Shown one piece after another: positions 52,191-64,000 of a stretch of 64,000 nt of DNA; position 1 is the first letter of the stretch; every line of letters begins with the position of its first letter. Source of the stretch: Paragordius varius (lineage: Eukaryota > Animalia > Nematomorpha). The DNA lies in assembly GCA_964247055.1 (NCBI GenBank), contig OZ176056.1, positions 1,364,001 to 1,428,000 on the forward strand. The letters run 5' to 3'. The position numbers were made by a program, and so were the translations under genes. The notes under the pieces were generated by a model. It was given only the letters and a program-made list of their open reading frames with translations. It did no database searches and was not told the DNA's origin.

Positions 52191-55100
52191 AATACAAAAA
52201 AATAAATTGGGTACTCAGCCCTTTTTAAAACAAAAGGGGATAAAGTCATTTGAGATTGTAAATTTCTTTTTAATTAAACTTCATTTATTTGGATAAACAA
52301 TATATATTATTTAAAAAAAGGTAACCATAAAACTTTTCATCACTTTATATAAACACATAAAACTCCTCTATCAAAATTATTTCAAATCGGATCAATTTAA
52401 CTTAAATATTATTAAGTATGATTTAATCAACAATTTATAATTCGTTTCCTATATCATTTAGAACTTCGACCAAGTATACTATTTAAATATTTTACATAAG
52501 GCAAAAGATTCAAAACCAGCCATGCCAGAATCGTTCAAGGTAAAAACTAAAAAAATAATATTTTTTATACTTTTTTTCCACTTCAATTATAAAGGCCGAC
52601 AAATATTAGAAGGTATGTTTTTAAAATCTAAATTTCCTACATGTTAAATATTTTTATAAATCACATCTTTTGAAGCTAATTAAGCAATTTTTCAAAACCA
52701 TTTTTGCACATATATCGTTTTGATTTTAACGATATAAACCATATATTTCAGATGTCGAAAATTTGAATACAGGTATTTAGTAATTTACTGATATATTGAA
52801 TATATTTATTTTATTTTACATCTGCAGAAGGATCCAATCTTATGGAAGGTATATGTCTTACTTATAATCTATATTTAATAAAAGTTAAAATTATAAGGAC
52901 AAAACATGAAAATTAACGCCTGGAAAACCAAGTCAAAAAAAGTGGAACCAAAATCAGAATGGTCTCTGCTCGGTTATATTCACAATCGGGTTGTATAAAA
53001 TTTAAAATAAACAGCTTATCTCTTAAAATTTAGAAAACCTTGGCTTATAGTATAACTTTTTAATACCGGTTTTTAACCTTGAAACCGATCTCTTGGATGG
53101 TTTACTTTTTTAGAAAATACGTTTATAAAATATATTTATTTTTAAAATATAAAATAAAATAATAAATTTAAATTTATTGGAAGAATGATCATAAAAAGTA
53201 TAAATTAGTGTATAATTAATTCATTATCACATTCTTAAAAAATTATTTAGCTTTAATGAATTGAAATGAGCAAAAAGTATTTGTATAATTAAATATATGA
53301 TTTTAGAGAAGTGTAGTTTAAATACTTAGTGTTACTAAAAGCTTGAGTTGCCTATATGGATATTTGGTTAATTTTAATAAATCAGGTCAGTGGTCTTCAT
53401 AATTTTCCACTCTTTTTAATTCGCGTAGTTTGTTACCGGTTGTACGCTTTTAAGAGACTTGGGTTTTTGTATTAAGCTAATAGATTAATTAAAACCGCGG
53501 CCCTAAAAGTGCTTTTACGGCTCATTAAAATTTTTAAGGAAATACCACTGCGATTGACTTTCAAATTCCCTAGCCCCCTAAAAGATAAATAAACGCAAAT
53601 AACCAAGCGAAACAAATGTTTTCTGTTTAACTCTTTTATCTAAAATGTAGTACGTTTAAAAATTTTACCATTTTGTAATATAAAAAACTTCAAAACATAA
53701 AAATCGAAAAAGCTTAAATCTGATTTTTTATATCTAAATGTATAACTTATATTATAAAGATTCCAATAAGGTTTTTAAAATTACTTTATGGCAGCTGATA
53801 TATTTTGATTTTTTTAAAATCTAATTTGAATTTTCAAAAAGCCCGTCTAATTATAATTATACCATTTTTAGTCAAAAGCGACATTTATTCATCGCAACAT
53901 ATTCTCAACTAAAAGAAACATTTTAATTTCTTTTGGATGGAAAATGTTGCGTTTGGTTAAAAAAAGTTGTTTTTGAGTGAAAAATGGTGTATAAAATCAT
54001 GTGATTTAAGACGAAATAACTTAAAAAATAGTTTTTGGTTGTATGATGTATTTTTCTCAAGAACTACTAGACTCTAATAAAGTTTTTAAATCCATCAGAT
54101 TTTTAATTTTTTGGCATATATACCGATTTTTATAACCCAATGACCTCTTATTTTTAAATAAAAATGGCTTTGTGTTACAAACTCTTTAATACATTTTAGA
54201 TCTAATCTTAATTCTATCATTTTTATGTTATACTAGCGTGAATCTCGTGCTGCTACGCAGCCCGAGGGTTCGAAGTTTGGATTTGAATGGGTCTACCGGT
54301 TTTCCTGTACCAGATCACAAAGCCAGCATTTTCCATTTTTATAAATATATAGATTACCATAAATAATGTTTTAATATCCATATATCTTTTAACATGCTAT
54401 ACATATGATAGATACCCCCAACTCAGCATCTATCATCAAAGAAACGCTTGACTAAAATTTTTGCCTTTTAACAGGCAATACGAAAAATCTTTATTGAATT
54501 TTTACGGTCTCATACCTAGGGCGAAAAATCGATTTAAAAAATTATTTTTGTGGACTTTGTTTTTTGAAAAAATGGCATTTACGGGGGGAGCGGGTAAAAA
54601 GAGGGCGTAAATCAAAAGTCGGCTATGTTCAGCGCAATCGAAAATAGGTAAACAAAAATCATATTTAAAATTGAATTGTTTAACACGTTCTCCAAAAAAT
54701 TGACTTAACCCATTTTTTACACGGGGTGGGCCCAAACTGGGGACCTAATTCCAAAAAAGGGCGAAGCTATTGTCGGGGCATTCATTAATGATTAAATTTT
54801 TTCGATGTTTGGATTTGATTGGGTTCACCGGTTTTCCGGAAACAGATCACAAAGTTATATGAAAAATCAGTTTTTAGCGGGTAGCTCCTTACCCAGCAGC
54901 TATCATCAAATAAACGGTAGACTAAAATTTTTGCCTTTTAACAGGGAATACGTGGAATCTTTATTGATTTTTTACGGTCTCATACCTAGGGCGAAAAATC
55001 GATTTAAAAAATTATTTTTGTGGACTTTGTTTTTTAAAAAAGGTGGCATTTCACGGGGGGAGCGGGTAAAAAGAGGGCCTAAAATAAAAAAGTGGCTCGG

Positions 55101-57574
55101 CTATGTTCAGCGCAATCGAAAATAAGTAAACAAAAATTATATTTAAAATTGAATGGTCCAACACGTTCTCCGGAAAATTGTCTCAAAGACACGATTTTTG
55201 TGGACTTGTGTTTTCAAAAAAAACCCGTTTTTCATACGGGGTGGGCCCGAACTGGGGGCCTATTTCAAAAAAAGGGCGAAGCTATTGTCGGGGCATTCAT
55301 TAATGATTATATTTTTTCGATATTTGGATTTGATTGGGTCTACCGGTTTTCCTGTACCAGATCACAAAGCCAGCATTTTCCATTTTTATAAATATATAGA
55401 TTTTGCAGCAATTTTAATTATTATTTTTTAAATATAATTAAAATTTTCCATATATATATATATAATTAGAATCAAAAAACTTTTTGGAAACGCGAAATAT
55501 TAGTAATATATTTTTATTATATAGTTTTCATTATAAAAATTATATTTTTTGATATTTTGATTCGTGATTAGGTCCAGAAAATATAAGTAATTTTTATGGC
55601 AATATAGTTTATAAAATTTTAAAATCATAAATTTCGGATAGATCGGGCCAAAATGGGTAATTATTCTATATAATTAATAAAACCTGGTTTAATGAAAAAA
55701 AAAATTGTATGTAAAGATTACTATAAGAGCCCACATTGGGATAAATTTTGTGATAATTGACGACATTAGTTTAAAATCACTTAAATTACTATTAATTACA
55801 ATAAAATATTTGAGCAAAAATAAAACTGCCGGTTTTTAAAAAGCCATAGTTACAAAGACACTTTCAAATAGTGATTTTCCAATCTTTTCTAAATTCAAAT
55901 CACATGGAATATGGGATTAAAATTGTTAAATATTTTAAATAATGACATTCTTTAACTTTACTTTTTGATGGAAATCAGCTTTAAAGTTAATCTTTTGTGT
56001 TTTATTTTATTATTTATATGAATTATTTTATAGACGGCATGAAAACATCCATAAAATGTATGCTTTATAATAATAAAAATTGGAAAAAAATTCAACAAAT
56101 TAATAAATTATATATTTCAAATTTAGCTTTGAAAGAGCGCATTAGCAGTATATTTTTTGCTTGGCTAATTTTATTGCAGACTTTAATATATAAAAATAAT
56201 ATTTTTGGCTTTAAACAATATTTTTATAGATATGATGGACACTATTCAAGGTGACATAAAGTTTATCTTTTTAACAAACGCAAAATTTTCCAAAAAGATT
56301 TTATTTAGGCTTTAAATAAAACTTTTATATTTTTAAAATTAGTTTTTAATAGCATTTCTATTTTATTATTTATTAGTTTACTAATTAAAGGAAAAATTGG
56401 AATTACACGGACAAAACGTAGTTTTTCCTAAAAAACAACCATACTATAAAATCTTATTTTTTTTTATTTTTAAGTCATCTTATGAATATTGGAAAAACAA
56501 TCAATTTTATATTTTACAGTGGTAAATAAATATTTTATATAAGAAAAATCAAGGTATTAATAAGTATGGTTGTATTTTGAAATAACATTTAGTCTGTATA
56601 ATTCAATTTTTACTGTATTAAAAGTTAATCACAATATAGGGATATTTATAGTTTTAATTTGAAAGAACATCCACGAAATTTTTTATTAATACAAAAAAAT
56701 TAATTGGGTTTAATAAAAAATACTTTAAAAATTTGGTTTTAATTTATAAAAGCAACAAATTTTTATCCATTTAACAACAAAGGATCCTTATATAGCGGGC
56801 TTCATTTTTTCATAATTATGCTATCTTAAATTAGATTTAATCGACAAAGCAAATGAAAGTGAATAATTATAATATAATTATTATTAATTATTAAATAAAA
56901 TTGAAAAAAAATATATTTAAAAAACTTGACAAATTACTTAATTAATTATATAATTTTTTTCTTTTAAAATATTGTTACTTTGAATATATCAAATATCTGG
57001 TTATATGGCATAATTTTAATTATTAATTTTATTTTTTTAGGTGCCATGATTCCAGATGCAGGAGTAGACGGTAATAAATTTTTTATAAAATTGTACAATA
57101 TAATTTTATTTTTTTTAAAAAATTATTTTTATTAATTTTATTATTTCGATTGTAATTTAAGCAAATTGATAATCCTGTCATACATGATGTCAAAATCAAT
57201 AAATATAATTTGGAATAGAAAATTTGAAACCCATGTATAAATTGACTGTAAAATTGTATGTACAATATATTTCCTATGATAAAGAAAAAAATATTTATTT
57301 AATATTAATTATGAGTTCTTTATTTTATTTGTTATTCATTATACTCGATATAATCAATATAAATTCTAATTTGGCAAAATAAACTATTTTTTATGATAAT
57401 CCTAGATGCATTAGGCTTAGAGGATTCTGATATATCAAAAGGTATATATAGATAACAAACTATAACATACAGTATTAAACATTAATAATATATATTTGCT
57501 CATGTGATATATAATTCCTAATTTTAGAAGTTTTGGAAGAAGCCATTAGAAATCTAAAGCCGGCACCTGAATAA
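43718..57574 (+). CDS. Micro-exon gene, copy 2: secreted ~351 aa protein, 36 exons, frame fully open
   Basis: Exons: 43718-43787, 44679-44744, 45176-45195, 45286-45331, 46336-46376, 46712-46730, 47434-47465, 47757-47807, 47837-47879, 48400-48420, 48487-48495, 48844-48849, 49324-49341, 50386-50400, 50440-50445, 50550-50597, 50812-50844, 51043-51060, 51204-51248, 51321-51362, 52012-52041, 52462-52473, 52501-52539, 52595-52612, 52752-52772, 52828-52848, 55572-55586, 55642-55656, 55717-55749, 56034-56057, 56127-56147, 56230-56250, 56835-56858, 57041-57070, 57406-57441, 57528-57574. Sum 1056 nt, a multiple of 3. Confidence 0.87.
54231..55401 (+). mobile_element. Helitron/Helentron-like non-autonomous repeat (HINE/DINE-like) with an internal tandem dimer, copy-2 specific
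   Basis: Starts TACTAGCGTGAATCTCGTGCTGCTACGCAGC and ends TTTATAAATATATAGAT in T-rich flanks; two ~470-540 bp internal units; absent at ~17127 in copy 1; no TIR or TSD seen. The class is inferred from resemblance of the ends. Confidence 0.6.
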
Positions 57575-57830
57575 CTTATTTGTCATATTGAATATGATAG
57601 ATGAAATATTGTAGCAAAACTATTCACTAAGTTATTTATCCAATAAATATATTTGATATGTGTTTATATTTCTAATTGAAGGGAAAAATAAAACAAAGAC
57701 TAATCGTTTAGAAATAACTTTAAGTTAATTTTAGATGCTTGTAAAATATAGAAACTGCATTAGCCTTAAGAAAAAATTTACGTATAGATACTTTTCGAAA
57801 TAGACATGCATCGCAAATATTGATTTAATT

Positions 57831-58080
57831 CAGGGTTGTCCAACGAACAACCCTCCAAGACCTCACGTGCGCCCCGCGAAATATTCGGAAAATCATAATT
57901 GGCAACATTTGCTCACAAAACCATATGAAAATTTATGTTTAAAAAAACATTTCTACATATACATCTACCCGATTGGCAAAAACTGGAAAAGTTGTTTTTA
58001 CGTTTGAAATAATAAATTATTTATAAATGCTCATAGATATTTTAAATGCGGCCCGCGAAATACTTGCTCTGGCACTCCTG
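57831..58080. mobile_element. hAT-type MITE, copy-2 specific
   Basis: CAGGGTTGTCCAAC ... TGCGGCCCGCG ... GGCACTCCTG; 8-bp flanks ATTTAATT / ATTTAAAT (7/8 match). Confidence 0.7.
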
Positions 58081-58904
58081 ATTTAAATTGTAAACATACT
58101 GTTAGTTTGCCCATTTTACTCATCTTTTTTATTTTTTCAAACAATATTCTTTATATAAAACCGCTGTTCTTTGAATGTTACCTCAATAAATATACATTTC
58201 TTTCATTTTATGCAGGTGGAATACCAGATAAAAATATTTTAGGGTATTCGTACGTCAGAATCATAAAATATAAAAAATAATTTAAAATTTATCAGAAAAG
58301 ATAAATTCTGGTTTCTAAAATATAGAAAACACCTAATTTCACAATTAAAACCAACGACTCACTCCAAAACTAAATAAATGGTTAACACTTTATTACATTA
58401 TCTGTACGAGAGCATGTTGAGGGTGGTTTTCTAGTCATTGCTTTTAATGCTACTGTTTTAAAATCTGTTCGGCTAAATTTATTTTCACAATTTTTACATA
58501 TAACTTTTATATCCTAGCGGATACTCCAAAACATTGAAGCAAGTAGCTGATATTAATAAATATCAAAAATTTCTATGTAATTTGAAAACTTTTTCATCAT
58601 AATACATTTATTTACATGTTGTATTCGCAATTAAAAAAAATTAATGGTAAAAATGTCACCAAAAAGTTTATAGCCATTTTTTACCTATTTATTTTATAAT
58701 GCGCCTAGGAGGCTTAAACAGCACATCCTTAAATTTTGCCTAACGCTATAAATATTTTTGAAATATTTTAAGGGACACTTGGTTGTAACACTTTGTCAAA
58801 AAATCATAAAGTGTTATGGAAAAAATAATTAAATTTTTATTTTTTAACAATTATACACCAAAAAATGAAGTTTAAGTAAATTTTTTTAAATCATACTTTG
58901 TTAA

Positions 58905-59444
58905 CACTTGGATAAAACACATTGATTTTAGTCATTCAATTCAAATTAGGGTAGTTAAATACCCCAGGCCTGTTTAAAATAAAATATTTTTAAAATATGG
59001 AAGGAATTGAAGCCATGGCAAACTTTTGCCCTTATATAACATTAATAAACCGCTTGATATTACTTTTAAGCTAAAACTGAATGGTAAAAATTTAGTCAAC
59101 GTAACATGTGTGCAATGATAAAATTGAAAATAATACAAAGTAAAATGCTTTTTCTATTTTTATTGACGTTAGATGTAATTTAAATAAAAATTTAGCTTTA
59201 ATTTTACCCTTAAAATTAAAAGGACGATATTTTGCCAAAATTTTGTAAAATAAAAATGTCGAAGTATTTTGACATGGAACTTTTTATTCAAACAAAATTT
59301 TATTAAGATACTTTAGCTTATTAAAATAATCTTTATTCGGACTGAGGTATAAATTTAAATTAGGACCGTTTCTCTCAATAGTTTTTTAGAGTTTAATTTT
59401 AATTTAGTATGGGGTATTTAGATACCCCAAATATAATCGAAGTG
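58905..59444. mobile_element. piggyBac-like MITE, copy-2 specific
   Basis: TTAA|CACTTGGAT ... ATCGAAGTG|TTAA, with internal inverted repeat GGGTAGTTAAATACCCCA / TGGGGTATTTAGATACCC; empty TTAA site near 19955 in copy 1. Confidence 0.75.
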
Positions 59445-59804
59445 TTAAATAAATTTTTTCGCACACTACACATGGCCGTAGAATATTTTTTTAAGATTTG
59501 GACCATATTTTAAAACGTACCTCCTCTTGAATAATGAATTACCCTATAAAAATTGTAGAGGTCAAAAAATAATAAGCACAAATCGAATTACCAAACATAT
59601 ATTCTAAACTAATTTAAATAATTATTTTTTGATCTTAAATTTACAATATTATTTTTAAGTTTTATTTGGCTATTTTCATACTTTATAAAGAAATCATTAA
59701 CGATAAATTTTGAGCTTAATAATAAAAATACCCTGTTCTATTATAAATTGGCACAGCTTCAATATCATACAATCACGTAATAACGCGTGTTTTTTCGCTT
59801 TAAA

Positions 59805-59900
59805 GGCGTGTGAAAGCGTAGGAAGGCGGTAAGGGTCGTCCTGTGCGGACAGTGACGGTAAGGAGCAAGCCTGTCACACCCTTTTCTGGATACCTGGATT
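59805..59900. mobile_element. ~95 bp GC-rich insertion just upstream of the ACC copy 2 ATG (possible 5'-truncated retroposon)
   Basis: GGCGTGTGAAAGCGTAGG...GGATACCTGGATT followed by ATAATAAT; absent in copy 1 (20344). Confidence 0.5.
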
Positions 59901-59916
59901 ATAATAATCAGATTTT

Positions 59917-60211
59917 ATGTCATCCGATATAAGTGTTTTGGATACATCGATAAATAATATAAGTACTTCAAAACATGGTTCGCTTACGCTATCCAATCCC
60001 GAAGAATTTGTTATAAAATTTGGGGGAACCACTCTAATTCAAAAGGTAATTTTTATAATGTTAAAAATTTAGATCCTTATTGCCAACAATGGTATAGCTG
60101 CGGTTAAATGTATGCGATCTATTCGAAGATGGGCATACGAAATGTTTCGAAACGAACGAGCGATAAAGTTTGTTGTCATGGTGACTCCCGAAGATTTAAA
60201 AGCTAATGCTG
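59917..60211 (+). CDS. ACC: Acetyl-CoA carboxylase copy 2, exons 1-2 (59917-60045, 60073-60211); presumably continues beyond the window
   Basis: Same 89-residue sequence as copy 1 (MSSDISVLD...FGGTTLIQK|[12 protein letters not shown]...LKANA); intron 2 carries the RTE insertion. Confidence 0.93.
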
Positions 60212-60761
60212 GTAAAATATACGTCATTATAAGCAAAAACAATTGTATTCAAAATTACTTTTTTCTATCTTGACTGTTAATTAATTTAATATTCGGCTTG
60301 TTTTTTATCCATAGTTTCATTTTTTAATAGATTATAAGTTCCGAAATTAAAATTTGAATCAAAAATTAATTTATTGACGTAATTTAATTTTCATTTTCTA
60401 TTATGAGTGTACCCTCTTTATAATTACCTCATATATAAGATTTTCTAATAAAATAATTAACCTCTGGTGTTTTTCATGAACTTTATAATTTAAATTAAAC
60501 CCTAATATAATGGTAAGTGAACCTCTTCCCGAATATTTGTGGGTATGATAAAACCCTATAATCCACTATTTAATTTTGAAATTATTTTAAATTTCATGTA
60601 AAATAAAAATTTTATATATCACAAAAGATAAAATTGTAAATCTCACAATTTAACTTTATCTTCAAAAAGCATAAGCATGATTGATGCGTAAATAAAAATA
60701 TCTATTTTTCCCACATTTTGAATATCCTATTAAATAATTAAATATATATATATATATATAT

Positions 60762-63630
60762 GGTTGGTTAGTTTTTCCTAGGTCGTAAACGACTTTTTGG
60801 ATATAGTTTTAACTATTTCTTTCCATTTTTTTCTATCTTTAACCGCTATATTGATCTCTTTCAGTGTCATTTTGGTCTCTTCTTTTATCATATCCAACCA
60901 CCTCATCGGTGGTCGGCCTCGTTTCCTTTGCCCTTCTACCTTCCCAAACATTGTATCTTTCTCCAGAGAATTCGATCGCATGACATGACCAAAATATGTT
61001 AACTTTCTTTTTAGAATTATCTCCATGATGTTTGTTTTAGGTTATATTTCTGTAGTTAGATTTTCATTCTTAATTTTATCCTTCCAGGTGTATCCTAGCA
61101 TCCTACGCAAGCAACTCCTTTCAAAAGCCATGAGCCTTTCTTTGTCCCTTTTTCTGAGAGTCCAACTCTCACATCCATATGTGGTGACCGGGAGAACGAA
61201 ACAGTAGAGTAATCTTTTTTTGGTTTCAACTCATACGCTTTTGTTTTTCCAAATCTTTATTAATTTGGTCATCGCTTCTCTACCCAATCCTATTCTCTTT
61301 CTGATGTCAGGAGTTGAAGACCCATCCTCTGAAATTATTGCGCCCAAAAACGTTAACTGTTTAACTATTTCTATTTCTACTCCTTCTATTATAATTGTAG
61401 GCTTTTTTCCTGTACATAATATTTTGGTTTTGTTAGGATTAAGCCTAAGACCTTACCTCAAACTTTCCTTTCAAATCTCTTCAATCAATTCCTTCAAATC
61501 ATTTGCACTTTCAGCTATAAGAGTGGTATCGTCTGCAAACCTTAAATTATTGATTGTTCTCCCTCCTATTCTTACTCCAATATTTTTATCATCCAACCTC
61601 CTCATTATCATTTCTGTGCACATATTGAACAGATAAGGGGATAAGCAACACTCTTGTCTAACTCCTTTCAAGATTGGTATTTCGTCTGTGTCCCCCGCTG
61701 GTGTTCTAATAATCGCTCTTTGTTTTACATACAGAGAGCTAATCACTTATTAAGTGAGACGATACCCCTACTAACTTTAATGTTTCCCACAAGGAGTCAT
61801 AGTTAATTGAATCGAATGCTTGTCTGTAATCAATAAAACACATGTATAATTCTTTCTGGAACTCTTTTGATGTTTCCATTATCCTTCTCATGTTTGAGAT
61901 ATGGTCTCTTGTGCTTTTTCCCTTCATAAATCCGGCTTGATTTTCTGGTATTTCTGTCTGTATGATACTGTGCATTCTGTTTTGTATTACTTTTAGTAAG
62001 ACCTTACTAGCGTGGCTAATAAGAGATATGTTCCGATAATTCTCGCATTGGAGTACATCTCCTTTTTTATATATTGGGAGATATACAGATGATGCCCAAT
62101 CGTTTGGCCACTCACATGTTTCCCACACCTTTTGACATAACTGGTGTAACTTTTCAACGGGAATAGCTTTTATGAACTCTATTGGGATATTGTCTAATCC
62201 CATCGCTTTGTTGTTAGGAATTTGTTTTAAGGCTAATTCAACCTCCTCTCTTAATATATCTGGATCACGTTCTTCTTCTTCTTTTGATTGCAACACTTTT
62301 GCTTGAGGAGCCTGATAGAGTTTTTGGGTGTTTTCCTTCCATCTTTCTCGTACTTCTGTTTGTTTGCACAATATGGTGCCATTCTCTTTTTTAATCTTTT
62401 GTGATGATATAAAAGGTTTATGAGTCATTTGCTTCAGTTTCTGGAACATTGGTTGCATTAATCCTTTTTTGTTATTAAATTCCACTTCCAGACATTGTTT
62501 ATTAAGAAAATCTTCGTAATCCTTCCTTGTTTGTCGTTGAAATTCTATGTTATATAGTTTTACCATTTTATTATCACCTCTTGATTTAGCTTTTCTCCTC
62601 TTTTCTGCTATCTCTATACTCTTTTCTGATATCCATTTGTTATCTTTCCTCTTTACTCTCTGCACTTTTTCTTTTGCCACTTCATTAACAACATTTTTTA
62701 TCGTTCCCCATAATTGTTCTGAGCTACATCCATTGTCCAATCTTCCTAATCTATCTTTGGTTTCTGTTCTAAAACTATTTGGAATGTTCCGAGTGTCATA
62801 TCTGTATATCTGTTTAACCTTATTTTTAGTTATTTTAAGTTTGATTTTGGTTATTAAAAGCTCATGATTGCTAGAGCAATCGCTGCTTTTGCTTGTTTTG
62901 GTATCGATTATAGAGCTTTTCCATTTTTGAGGACACATTATGTAATCAATTTGATTCTTATAATTACCACATGGAGAGGTCCATGTGTATAACCTCCTAT
63001 TGTGTTGTGGAAACCATGTGTTGGAATTGATCAGTGCTTCCCCGGCCTCGTTTCGTTCTACCGATCCATATGGCCCGACTATTTGATCTACTCTACCTCT
63101 ACCAACTTTGCTGTTCCAATCCCCTCCTATGATAATCATATCTCCTTTGTTCGTTTCATCCAAAACTATTTGCAACGTTGCATAAAAGTCCTCTATGTCT
63201 TCTTTGGGAGCGTTTGACGTAGGAGCATAGACTACTATGTATGTAAATTTAAGTGGCTTGGCATTCAGCCTAATACTCATGATTCTGGGTGTATATGGTG
63301 TATAACTAATGAGACTTCTATTTAATTTGTTTTTTATTAATACTGCAACGCCTTCAGATTTCTGGTCATCTCTCCCCGATCTCAACAATGTATAATTTTC
63401 GTTTTGTACTTTCGCGCTACCTTTTTGCTTGGTTTCCGTTAGACCCAGTATATCTATGTTCAATCTTTCCATTTCCTTTTCAATTATCACCTGTTTAGTT
63501 GATGTTAAGGAACGTACGTTCCAGCATCCAACTTTGAAAAGTCTTGTTAAGTTCATTTAGTAAAACTATTTTTTGGCAGTAATAAAGGAGGGTGGTTTGC
63601 CATTGCCTTCCCTCTCACTTACCCTCTTTA
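60762..63630 (-). mobile_element. RTE-clade non-LTR retrotransposon, near full length, antisense in ACC copy 2 intron 2
   Basis: APE endonuclease (GCWNVRSL, LGLTETK, GGDWNSKVG, IDYI) plus RT (YRNISLISHASKVLLKVI, QAGF, FIDYRQAFDS, GVRQECCLSPYLF, LRFADD) and C-terminal GKVEGQRKRGRPPMRWLD; 5' motif GGAAGGCAATGGCAAACCAC; 3' end abuts (TA)n. Confidence 0.95.
60778..63556 (-). pseudogene. RTE endonuclease-reverse transcriptase ORF, broken by at least one frameshift (~61740)
   Basis: The 605-aa frame ends ...GVSSHLISD*, and the RT continues in another frame (61471-61746); C-terminal piece at 60778-61026. Confidence 0.9.
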
Positions 63631-64000
63631 CAAAAAATAAATATCTAGAATAATTAAAATAATTAAAATTAAAGAGTAATCTTTATAAATGTTGTTAATT
63701 TGGATAAATTATAAATATTAATATTTTACTCTGTCTGGCAATTATAAAGAAAAAATATAAAGAAATAATGGCTAGGCTAGTAAAAATAAAATAATTAGGC
63801 ACCAAGGAGTAGAGAAAATAAAAAGAAAAGAGAGATCTGTATAACAATGATTTTTGATGACTTAAGAATTATGTTACTCTTTAAATTACATACTTAGCAT
63901 ACAAATAAAATAAAAACTCTACAAAACAAAGAAAAAGATTAATAATTACTAAAACAAAACCTATTTTTTAAATAATTTATAGTATATAATAAAATAATAC

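Noticed and set aside
54502-55431. ORFs inside the Helitron-like repeat, and 5548-5804
   Set aside because: Overlapping frames on both strands, not conserved between repeat units, with no recognisable motifs.
60797-63217. Plus-strand ORFs 60797, 61025, 61220, 62547, 63002
   Set aside because: Antisense shadows of the RTE ORF.
63630-64000. HDV-like ribozyme expected at the 5' end of some RTE elements
   Set aside because: The sequence is almost purely A/T, with no GC helices able to form the double pseudoknot; the true 5' end is not resolved.

Overview
Very AT-rich eukaryotic DNA. The ACC sequence is animal-type and the standard code reads cleanly, but the taxon cannot be fixed from sequence alone. 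The window is best read as two diverged tandem copies of one unit: [3' part of an FN3-like gene - ~167 bp satellite array - hAT remnant - secreted micro-exon gene - 5' part of acetyl-CoA carboxylase]. Copy 1 (about 1-31 kb) and copy 2 (about 31-64 kb) align over about 2.7-21.2 kb vs 41.2-60.8 kb. The main discovery, invisible in the ORF track, is a 36-exon gene in both copies (6360-19104 and 43718-57574). It encodes a ~350 aa signal-peptide protein, with 26 consecutive symmetric phase-1 micro-exons of 6-48 nt, an architecture reminiscent of schistosome micro-exon genes (MEGs). ACC copy 1 has 14 open exons (~789 aa) but stops just before the biotinyl domain and is followed on the same strand by FN3-like exons, a candidate ACC::FN3 chimera at the duplication junction. 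Introns as short as 26-29 nt coexist with kb-size introns. Many MITEs, a CACTA-like element, a Helitron-like repeat, a piggyBac-like MITE and a near full-length RTE LINE differ between the copies. All exon calls and counts were made by hand. An assembly that joined two haplotypes cannot be excluded.
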